Assembly (NCBI GenBank): GCA_051362555.1
Contig: CM120644.1
Location: 11,430,567-11,494,566, forward strand
DNA length: 64,000 nucleotides
Reading direction: 5' to 3'
DNA from: Lingula anatina
Lineage: Eukaryota > Animalia > Brachiopoda
The notes under the pieces were generated by a model. It had not been told where the DNA came from, searched no databases, and saw only the letters and a program-made list of their open reading frames with translations. Numbering within the stretch: the first letter of the stretch is position 1; every line of letters begins with the position of its first letter. A program made the position numbers and the translations under genes. This document shows, piece by piece, positions 14,601 to 24,359 of this stretch.

Positions 14601-16265
14601 ATGGGTGCTGTCCACACCTTGCAGTAAGTTACTGACCAAGATGGATGAGATCTTAAAAGAGTCCGCATATCTGAGTGCTTTTTTCCTCTCTTTTTTTTTG
14701 CTCTTGCTTTGCATTTGTTCTGCTAGGCAGACTGTTTTCCACTGATATTGGAATTGTTAATAGTACTATAAGGTGCTGATAGCTGTTAGTGTAGGTTAGG
14801 TCTTAACCATAAAATATAATACTAATCAGTTGTTAGTGAACTTGAACTTAAATTATTCATACACATAACTGTACTTAGCCCAAAAAAAAAGATAAAATGG
14901 AAATGGATGACATTTTTTCTTTTTTTTTTGGGGGGGGGGGGAGGGAGAGGTGCAGTTTGTGATATATTGCAGTGTTGCACACTTGAAAAGTGCCAATGTA
15001 AACAGGATAGGGAGTCCAGTTCCCATAAATTTGCACAGGTAAGCCTTGTCCTTGATTTTGACCCACTTAAGTTAGGCTAACACTAACCTGTACAGTGAAA
15101 GGAGGGTGGACTCTCTGTTACACGGACCCTCGGTTTTGTCACACTGGTCCATGGACTTAGTGTCAGTTTGAAGAATTTGATCTTCTTCAAATACATTCAA
15201 AACTATGGTTGTCTTCTGTGTTTCCAGGCTGTGTGCTGTTCTGATGGTCTCCATTGCTGTCAAGAGGGGTCCACCTGTGATGTCAGCCAGGGCACCTGCC
15301 AGCGAGACGAGACCAACATTCCATGGTTTACAAAAACAGAAGCAAAATCACTAACAGTGGAGAGGGACAATGCAGGCAGTGTGGAGAGTGTGGTATGCCC
15401 AGGTGGTACCAAGTCCTGCCCAGACAGAAATACATGTTGTAAAATGACACACGGATATGGATGCTGTCCGTTGCCTTATGTAAGTGAGCTAGGGTGTAGA
15501 CATCGATGTGTATTGTGATATGTGTCTGGCACTTGTAATCAGAAAGTAAGCAGAATCATCCGTAAGTTACTTCTTTATCGAAAATTAAGTTCCCTTCATG
15601 TTACAATGCACCTAGTAAGATTAAAACTTAAACCCCTGTTACAGTATTCACTAGTGGGCTTGATTTGGTCTTAAAGTGCAATTTAAGATCACAAATAGTC
15701 TTACATGATCTTAAATTATGAGTAAGACCATTTCTGGATTGAAAGACAATTAAGTTGTCTCCCCTTACACATTCTCCTATTGTGAGAAAAGTACTCTTTT
15801 ATTGTGAGGGGAGGTATCCCCCATTGTGGGGGGAGGAAACTGCTTGACCACTTATGTAGGTGTTAGATCATTTTTTATCTTTAAAGCAGATTCAGTCCAT
15901 TTTTAGACTACTACTGTAATGGTTAAGATCGTGTAAGATCATTTGTGATATTAAATTGCACTTTAAGACCAAATCCAGGGCACTAGTGATTGTTATTAAA
16001 GAATACCATTTTAACTACTTTGAAATCACCTATAAAAGTAAAAAAATTAATACGTGTAGACGAATAATGGTTATTAATTTTCTAATTTGAAACCCATTGT
16101 CTTTGTTGTCAGGCCACTTGCTGCAGTGATGGCCAACACTGCTGTCCCGAGGGCTACGAATGTGATGTCTCAAAGGGGTCATGTAAGAAATCAGGTCAAG
16201 TTCAGGCAGAGTTCATGCAAAAGCTGACCCAAAGAGCAGCAAAGGGAGGACACATGTTACTTTGA
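2250..16265 (+). CDS. GRN: Progranulin paralog A: signal peptide plus 19 granulin modules, ~1622 aa, 21 coding exons
   Basis: Hand-spliced GT-AG exons: 2250-2447, 2587-2706, 3099-3275, 4464-4824, 5467-5703, 6291-6527, 6818-7051, 7342-7575, 7722-7958, 8487-8723, 9243-9479, 9715-9948, 10171-10347, 10633-10869, 11156-11473, 11940-12176, 12675-12959, 13755-13948, 14351-14623, 15228-15479, 16113-16265 (sum 4869 nt, in frame, TGA). N-terminus [17 protein letters not shown] is signal-peptide-like. Repeated C-x5/6-C-x5-CC-x7/8-CC-x6-CC-x5-CC-x5-C-x5/6-C granulin signature. Ends GGHMLL*. The ATG directly follows a tttttcag acceptor, so a 5'UTR exon lies upstream. Confidence 0.93.
2714..2765. repeat. 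(CT)n microsatellite; paralogous tract at 24304-24356
   Basis: Directly visible just after the donor of the second coding exon in both paralogs. Confidence 0.95.
3487..3786. mobile_element. Palindromic MITE, PIF/Harbinger (Tourist)-like
   Basis: ~130-bp inverted arms (gatcgcattcacaacgagttgagccaggc ... gcctggctcaactcgatgtgaatgcagtc), ~35-bp loop, TTA on both flanks. Confidence 0.85.
3966..4142. mobile_element. Short MITE-like element with G/C tracts
   Basis: Termini cagacccgtagcc ... ggatgggcctg are imperfect inverted repeats with internal poly-G and poly-C; a similar right end (cccccttacgggcctg) lies at ~25225-25243 in paralog B. Confidence 0.55.
4831..4845. promoter_or_regulatory. AGGTCAnnnTGACCT palindrome (IR3/ERE consensus or RNA stem) at intron position +7; representative of six perfect copies
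   Basis: Perfect copies at 4831, 5710, 6534, 7058, 9955, 10876. The motif is seen directly; its function is unproven. Confidence 0.4.
10870..11110 (+). repeat. 44-bp intronic minisatellite (~5.5 units) derived from the exon/intron junction
   Basis: Units start at 10870, 10914, 10958, 11002, 11046; consensus gtaagtaggtcattgtgacctagaaatatcttgttatccacagt. Confidence 0.85.
13074..13287. mobile_element. Degenerate Harbinger-like MITE
   Basis: Imperfect TIRs gagcgtattcccagacatttagatcaatc / gatcgatctaatctctgggaatgaggtc, TAA on both flanks. Confidence 0.65.
15649..15988. mobile_element. Non-autonomous TIR element with CACTAGTG termini (CACTA/EnSpm-like)
   Basis: ~65-bp inverted arms cactagtgggcttgatttggtcttaaagtgcaattt ... 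aaattgcactttaagaccaaatccagggcactagtg, ATT on both flanks. Decayed internal sequence of the same family lies at ~6065-6255 and in the F-type introns of paralog B. Confidence 0.75.
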
Positions 16266-16435
16266 TGTCTCTAATGAAATTATATTTCTATTGCCAGGCT
16301 CTCAGTGAATCGAATAATATGTATTATTGACAAATGTAAAGACAGAGCCATTCTGCATTACAGTGTTCATATGCAACTACTAGTGTTTCATAATGGTTGC
16401 TTTTAGTATTGTACTGAATGTTCAGTAAATTTTCC

Positions 16436-16438
16436 CAT

Positions 16439-16477
<39 letters not shown>

Positions 16478-16479
16478 TT
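16436..16479. repeat. (ATTT)n microsatellite in 3' region; paralogous tract at ~38155-38185
   Basis: Directly visible. Confidence 0.9.
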
Positions 16480-16848
16480 AAGCATTAAAACTGTGTTTCA
16501 CCTGTAGAATTCTGTTGAAACAACAGCTAACTCTGGTCACACATACCATATATGGTTGCAGAGGAATCTGTATATTTATAATTGTTTATTTTAATTCCAT
16601 GATAAGAAAAAACAGGTGTGTTGCAGACAGCTCACACACCAAATATTGACACAGATTGTGGATAGAAGTCATTATAGCTTCAACTATTTTGTTTACAAAT
16701 GTGGTTAACCAGGATAAAGAGCTGTGATTAATAGTCAACTTGCTTCTACAAACACAAAAGAAGAACAAGTGCAAAAACAGAGCTATGCAGTTGCTTTGTG
16801 ATAGTAAATGACTGAGTGTATATGTTTGGTTTGAACATTGTATTATAA

Positions 16849-17106
16849 GGCTTCGTTCACATGGAAAGTCTATTTTCTAAAAATCTATTTTCTATTCGCG
16901 CTATCTTATGATCACGGTCTGTGCCCTAAATATCCCGCCGTGTAATTACTGGCAGCGCGAGCCAGTTACTTATAGTAACTTATAGTAACTGGCTCGCGCT
17001 GCCAGTAATTACGCCGCGGGATATTCAGGGCACAGACCGTGATCATAAGACATACCGCGAATAGAAAATAGAATTTAGAAAATAGACATTGCATGTGAAT
17101 GAAGCC
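16849..17106. mobile_element. Near-perfect hairpin MITE, Harbinger-like, TAA target-site duplication
   Basis: ggcttcgttcacatg ... catgtgaatgaagcc with arms pairing almost to the centre; TAA at 16846-16848 and 17107-17109; the empty site (attgTAAtacttaaacattgg) is visible in the paralogous region at ~38565-38586. Confidence 0.92.
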
Positions 17107-18409
17107 TAATACTTAAACATTGGACCTTGCATACAACTGTGACATGAAAAAAAATGTAATATTTCATATTTATAGCCAAATGATAACATCTTTTTTTTGT
17201 AAGCGTGCTTATATGCTGAGAATTTTGAATTTTTACAGGGTCATTGGCAGTAAAACTTCAAAAGCTTTATGGATGTATTAATCATGTTTTGCATCACAAA
17301 ACAGTTTTATTATATTATGTAGCCCATTGGATATAAAAGATATCGTAAGAGGGATATGTAAATTGCAAACAACCCAAAGCTGTGTTAGAAAATCTCTGTT
17401 TATTGCTTCTAGTAGACTTTTTGCAGACAGAAGATATAAGACAAAGGGAAATATCTTTAATAATTTGCACTTACTGGATCAAACATTGATTTTTTTTTTA
17501 TTCTGATTTCTAGGGTTCAGTTCTTTTTTTTTCTGATTCTGATTTGTACGGTACATTTCTGTTCCACTCCAACACATCTTATATACCCAGTAGTAACCCC
17601 CCTCATTCATGAATGCTCGCTGCGTCAAAGACTATGCTTTAGCCGGTCCTTATGAACAAAAACTCGTTACCAAGTGGAAGTTAAATTTAGGCTACACACA
17701 ACTTACCAACTTTCAGGGATGGTGGTGGTGACTTGCCACATAACAATGCCAATGTATAACACATTGTAGGTGATAATGAAATTGTTCAAAGATGAGTTAA
17801 TTATCATCTTTTTGCATACATATTATTTATGTGAAATCTGAAAAACCGATGTCGAAAGTTGTGCAAATAATTTCTGTATAGAATGCAGTGCCTGAGAAAC
17901 CGAGAGTATGAGAGACTGAAAATTAAACTGCAAGCAGTATGTAAATACCGGGGTATATGCCATATCTTTATTGCCAGTATGTCGGGGTAAATGCTTAAAC
18001 ATCAATACCATATCTCAGAAAAAAAGTAGATGACACGTATTTCATAGAAGTGTGATAAGTGAACCATATGCTTTGTTTGGCGTCACTTTTGCTTGTTAAG
18101 CTAATTCTAAGTTCAGAGGTGATGGTAACTTTTCTTATAAAGAGATCTCGCTTGTAACATGTGAAGAGTGAATGCGTGCCTTCTTGGCAAATAAACCACA
18201 TTCCAACACAAATGGATTGAGGAGTCATGATATGTCCCTGTTTGCATGATGTTTGGTCTTTCTATTATAATTACATTTCGCAACTAAGAAATTGAGCATT
18301 TTCGATATTTTCTCTTATTTTTAAATATTTTAGAATTTAAAAATAGACGGTAAAACTGGTGAAAATACGGACGTTTTAAAAAACCTTGTAAATCAAAACA
18401 AATTCTGTT

Positions 18410-18592
18410 TATCCTCTGTGGTGTTAAACCGGTGTGACAGGAATGGAATTCCGGGGTTACCATCAAATGATTAGCACAGGTAGGGGCTAGTCGGGGTATG
18501 GGGGGGGGGGGGGGGAGGGGCTAGTGTATTGGACGAATGTCGCCTGTATAAAGTACATCGAATGGTACTACGGTTCCTAGCGGGTTACTATT
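18410..18592 (-). repeat. Dispersed repeat; inverted relative to copies at ~40485-40650 and ~42790-42940
   Basis: ctacggttcctagcgg and ggacgaatgtcgcctgtataaagta are the reverse complement of ccgctaggaaccgtag and tactttgtacaggtgtcattcgtcc (40486-40532); a third copy ccgctaggaacagtgatcccattactttgttcaggtg is at 42790. Confidence 0.7.
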
Positions 18593-19189
18593 CCTGTCAT
18601 ACCTGTGCAAAAATAAATGCAAGATATATGTGTGAAAATCAATAAGTTAAAGGTATTCAATTGACCCCCCCCCAAGTGATTTTTCTTGAAAGCATGCGGC
18701 AACTGCATTGAAACTGAAAGGCCTCCCCACGACCACTTTTCACCGAAAACTGAGTGTGCTTTGAAGAGGCGAGCAGCTTTGATCTTGGTTCTAAGGTCTG
18801 TTTTCGTGCAGCCACTACTACATGAAGCAAACTGCTATCAAACGGTTGCCTTGTAAAAATGGGAAACACAGGAACTAAAAAGAGCGAGCGTTGTTACGAG
18901 AAATCGTTACCTTTCACAAATGTAGCTCAGAGGTCCATTTTAACATCAACTGTTCTGTACCGGGTACAAAAACCTTACTTATTCATGTCCCCTTTCCTGG
19001 TCTTCTATGTGCACAGGATAAATACGTCTGACATTGGTTTTGGCGCGTGACTCTTTTAAATCATTAGTGATATTCGCAACACCTTGACGAGCAGTTGGCA
19101 TATCTCACCTTAAACCCCCACTCGTAAGATGCCTACAATTTTGAAAATGAATTTAAAGACAACATACTGAGGCCTCCAATATAGCTTCG

Positions 19190-19252
19190 CAGTGGTGGAT
19201 TTAAGGGGGGGGGGGAGCAAGGGGTCCTGCGCCCACCTTCGATTTCTGATTA
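19190..19252. mobile_element. Left end of a poly-G MITE; matching internal/right portion at ~39300-39510
   Basis: cagtggtggatttaagggggg...cttcgatttctgat here; ccctcgatttctgat...cccccttcaaataatcctggatccg at 39311-39510. Confidence 0.5.
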
Positions 19253-19255
19253 AAA

Positions 19256-20160
19256 GTGAGGCCATCGGCGGTAGTAACTGCATCAGTAACGCTGACAGTT
19301 GGTGCAACAGTGAGGCCATCAGCAGTAGTGACAGCATCAGTAACACTGACAGTTGGTGCAACAGTGAGGCCATCGGCGGTAGTGACAGCATCAGTAACAC
19401 TGACAGTTGGTGCAACAGTGAGGCCATCGGCAGTAGTGACAGCATCAGTAACACTGACAGTTGGTGCAACAGTGAGGCCATCGGCGGTAGTGACAGCATC
19501 GGTAACGCTGACAGTTGGTGCAACAGCGAGGCCATCGGCGGTAGTGACAGCATCAGTAACACTGACAGTTGGTGCAACAGTGAGGCCATCGGCAGTAGTG
19601 ACAGCATCAGTAACACTGACAGTTGGTGCAACAGTGAGGCCATCGGCAGTAGTGACAGCATCAGTAACACTGACAGTTGGTGCAACAGTGAGGCCATCGG
19701 CGGTAGTGACAGCATCGGTAACGCTGACAGTTGGTGCAACAGTGAGGCCATCGGCAGTAGTGACAGCATCAGTAACACTGACAGTTGGTGCAACAGTGAG
19801 GCCATCGGCAGTAGTGACAGCATCGGTAACGCTGACAGTTGGTGCAACAGTGAGGCCATCGGCGGTAGTGACAGCATCGGTAACATTAACAGTTGGTGCC
19901 ACAGTGAGGCCATCGGCAGTAGTGACAGCATCAGTAACACTGACAGTTGGTGCAACAGTGAGGCCATCGGCAGTAGTGACAGCATCGGTAACACTGACAG
20001 TTGGTGCAACAGTGAGGCCATCGGCAGTAGTGACAGCATCGGTAACGCTGACAGTTGGTGCAACAGTGAGGCCATCGGCAGTAGTGACAGCATCGGTAAC
20101 GCTGACAGTTGGTGCAACAGTGAGGCCATCAGCAGCAGTGACAACATTGGTGCAACAGTG
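19256..20160 (-). pseudogene. Orphan ~17-unit fragment of the 54-bp repeat exon
   Basis: Same unit and orientation as 45016-64000. Its left-most unit (gtagtaactgcatcagtaacgctgacag) matches the terminal unit of the main array at 45061. It lacks the unique tail and is flanked by unrelated sequence on both sides. Confidence 0.8.
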
Positions 20161-21813
20161 CGTGCCAAACGGCCACTTAATGCACAAATCGTCACATGAT
20201 TTTATCACAAGCCGAAAGCCGCTATTTAATCCGGGTTGCTTTGACGAGCGGACACTTTATCTGCCGAACACAAGACTGGTGGAATATGCAACAGTAAAAG
20301 AGGCACAACTCGGAACACACGGTATGTTAAATAATTACGCTGGTGTTGGCAAATTTAGCGTAGATATTTCTTACATTTAAATGTGAACAAAACAATGGAA
20401 TTTAAACTCGAACTTGAAGTCAACATCGTTTTTGAGGGTCTCGACCCAGTCATATTACCGTTACATTGAAACCGACTAAACATAATTATCAACATATCGT
20501 TGTGACTTAAATCATGTTTAAGCTTGCTGCTGCAACGAAATGTTTTTGCTGTTGTAGGCCTCAGAAGTACCCTCAGTTCCACTGACTTCCCTATCCGTGA
20601 TTTATTATAAATAATTATATTATTATTACACAACAGAGGTAGATTATCAGTGCTTACTGCGTGTGTCGCAAAAAAAGGGAAAGTGAAAAAGAACTGTTGT
20701 GACTTGTTTGTGCGTTAATTATATTTAAAAAGCAAAAAGCCAATCTATTGGAGATATCTGATTATATGATTTATACTTAAATTAACTGAGGTAAATATAT
20801 AAATAAGTATTTTATAAATAAAATAATCTTGTGAAACACTTCTTTTTTAAAGGTTACCAATACAAATTTTCAATAAGTGTGAGACATCCTCATAGTACAT
20901 ATTAAAATTGTTTTCTGAAAGCTATCAAAATTTCTATCAAGAATCATGAACATTTAAACCCAAAAATATATCAAGCTGAAGACTGTTGAAACTCCAATGA
21001 AAGTGGTTGTACAACCTTTCTTAAAAATGTTTAATAATAATAAATAAATAAATAAATAAATAAAAATAAAATATAAAAGATTTTAGACACTGGTGACAAC
21101 TGAACATCAGTTCATCAGATGAAAATCTTCATGTATTTGTATGAAATATATAAAAATCTTAGACTAAGTACAAACATTTCTCGCGGTACAAAACATTTAA
21201 TCAGGCTTTCAGATAATATTGATAAGACTGACTTCCTTCACACCCTGTACTGGAAGTTGCCAAAAACATCAAATGTTATCTTGTCAAATTATAAATTTAT
21301 AAATGAAATGTTAATATTTTCAGTCAATATCAGTAGTCATCGCTATATTGTGATAGTATAAGGGTCAACTGTTTAGATTGGGAGATAAGAAGGAGTGCTC
21401 TCACTTCCCAGTTGTGTAATAACTATGGTATTTGACTGGTGGCTATTCAGGCGGCAAAAAGGCTAAACTTCCTGCACTAATGGGAAGGATAAAAATGGTG
21501 ACAGTTTCACAGGTATAATTGTCATGTACATGGTTTTATTAAGGGTTTAGACTTTAAAATGGTTTACAATTCAAAACTTAGTTTGACGAAGATAAACCGC
21601 ACAAAAGACATTAACATAAGTTCAAAGTATTTCAATTCTTTTACCTCATAGTCACTTTGTCATAAATTGATGGGGGGCCAACTTACCCCGGGGTCCAACT
21701 AGCCCCGGTCTCCCCTAAAAGATCGCCGAAGAAGATGTAAAAGTACCCGTTATCATGTGCCACTTTGTTGATAGGGCCTACCTGATATTTTTCTGCAATA
21801 TTTATTTTTTCAG

Positions 21814-24314
21814 ATGAAGCAGATGTATTTATTATTCATAGCAGTGTTTCCACTGGCAGCAGCTAGCACTTTGTTCTTTGAGTCCCACAAGACCAGCTTA
21901 CATGAAGGACGCAATCAGCCGTGTCCACCAGAAACCGATGCGGGCTGTCCTTTGGGAGCCACCTGTTGCCATCTGGTGACAGGCTTTGCTGTTTGTTGCC
22001 AAGGAGAAAATGTACGTATTTAGGGTAACATCCCTATGTATACGTCCCCGCACCGATACTCCCCCGCACTAGTATATCCCCGCACCGATACTCTCCCGCA
22101 CCGAAACTCCCCTGCAGTATCGATGCGGGGAAGCAATGATGTGGGGGAGTATCGGTGTGGGGGAGTAACGGTGCGCCTACATGTACATTGGCAATTTTAC
22201 AGGGGATGTATTGATACGGGGATCTATCAGTGTGGGGTCGTATCGATGCTCATAACACAAAAATTTACTTAGGGGGTGTATTGGTGAGGGGGAATAACGG
22301 TGCGGGGGAGTATCGACATGACCCCGATTTTTTGACAAATGGTGAGAATTATACCACATTTGTCAATTCCCTTGCGTTTCTTATGAGGCTCCCCGTTTCG
22401 GTGGGCTAGCAGTTTACTATTCAGTTAAAGCTCCAAGAAGGAATAAAACGAAAAGACTGGAATCATAACATTTTCTTTTAAAGACAACTACGATGGAACA
22501 AATAATTGCCCATTGTCTCAAATACGTTGTTTTGATTGCTCACGAGCAACCCGAACTTATTATAATCTAGATTGCTTGCTGTCCCTCTCTGATGGTCGCT
22601 TGGATACAGCATTGCCACCGTCTTACAATTGCTTGAACTCAAGCTTTCATCAGCACCTGGAAATATGTATCGGTCTTTTCAATATCGTTTTTCTGTTATG
22701 TAATAAATGAAGGGTTCTCATGCTTGTCTTCTTTACCTTTACTTTATCTTTATAGTAACGGGAAAAGTATAACTGCCCAGCGATCGGAATTTTCCTACCT
22801 ACATTGTACATGAAGCTGTGATACTTATGCTTTGATAAGATCTGTCAAATTTGCATTGGTGATTTTTTTTTTTACATATATATATATATATCAACTACTG
22901 CAAAACTTACTGATGCAGCCATTAAATTGGTAATGAATGCTCTTGTTGCAATCATAATGTACTTATTTAGATGGCACCGACTAAACACAGTGTTATATGT
23001 TGTTTAGTTGTGAAATCAGCTGTCGTGTCAGGTGTCTGTTCAGTTTTCTGTGATGCTGCCTTGTTGCTTTCTTTCAAAACCATTTTTAGGAAGCTGAAAA
23101 AAGGCATCGGGGAAGAAAAATAGGAACGTTTCTTGTTTTTTCCTAACTACAATACTCTGAAGTTCCAAAAATAATCGTACTGAGATTTTTTCCGCGTGGT
23201 AGGCTACGTTTCATTTCTTCTGATACTGGTCTGAAATTACAGTTCACATGGCTTAATTACCTACAGCTATGCATCTCCAAAATCTACCTTTAGCTACTTT
23301 TTCCACCTAGTGCATTTCAGCTTTAGGCTTGGCCTTTTAAGATAATTCTTATCAGCTAGTTTACTAAACTGTCAGGCCCTCTAATGAGTTAATGAACCCA
23401 TAAAGGTACTAATCATAATCAACCCCTAATTCATTATTCACCGATAATTTAGTTAAAACTACCTAGAGCAAATAATATCCCTACCATACCTCGATGTAAT
23501 TACTCTTGTGTGTGGCACACAGTGGACAATGAGTCGTTATAACTAGTATTTAGCATACACTTGGATGATTATAAAGATTCCAAGCATCTGATAGCAGTTA
23601 GCACATCTAAATATCCACTTATAGGCTTGAAAATAAGGACCAAGTTGTTTATCAATTTTCTCCTTATATAGTATATGGGAGCCGGCTTGGAAAATAAATT
23701 GAAAAACTTTCATCATTCCTTCCAAGTTGGACCAATAAATTCAACCCGTATAGTACACTGTTGATGTCATCTTTCATATTAAATGTCTCGCAAATGCTCA
23801 TGACATGCCATAGTGCAGTTACAGACGACATTGAGAGAAAAAACTAATTATCATGCCCAAATTTGAGCACACCTTCACTACAGGGAGAAACTTCACATTT
23901 GCACTTGTACATGTACTGTTGCACATCTCTTTTACATATCATTCGACTTGTATTTGTCACTGTCGTAGCACATAAGAAAATTGGCAGTTAAAACTTATGC
24001 AAGTACAGGGGTATTACAGATTAAAATATTAAAATATAAAATTAAAATAAGAATTAAAGTCCGATTGAGTACCCTTCTTACAAATACTTTCAGAGAAAGG
24101 ATTAATGTGTGTTCTCACCCCTTAAAATTTACCATATCTCACAAACAGTTCATGGTTTATGACTTGTTTCTTCCAGGCGGTCTGTTGTCCAAATTCCCTG
24201 CACTGTTGTCCAGCTGGACATAAGTGTGATGAGGGTACAGGACTGTGTACCAGTGGAGACCCACACCTTACTGCAATGTGGACTGATATGTTCTTTGTAA
24301 GATTCTCTCTCTCT

Positions 24315-24359
<45 letters not shown>

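Noticed and set aside
19256-20160. CRISPR-like array interpretation of the 54-bp or 0.8-kb repeats
   Set aside because: No unique spacers, no cas genes, eukaryotic intron-exon context.
20355-20633. Minus-strand CUB-like ORF as an upstream exon of the orphan repeat
   Set aside because: Resemblance is superficial, in-frame stops separate it from the repeat, and no consistent splice path was found.
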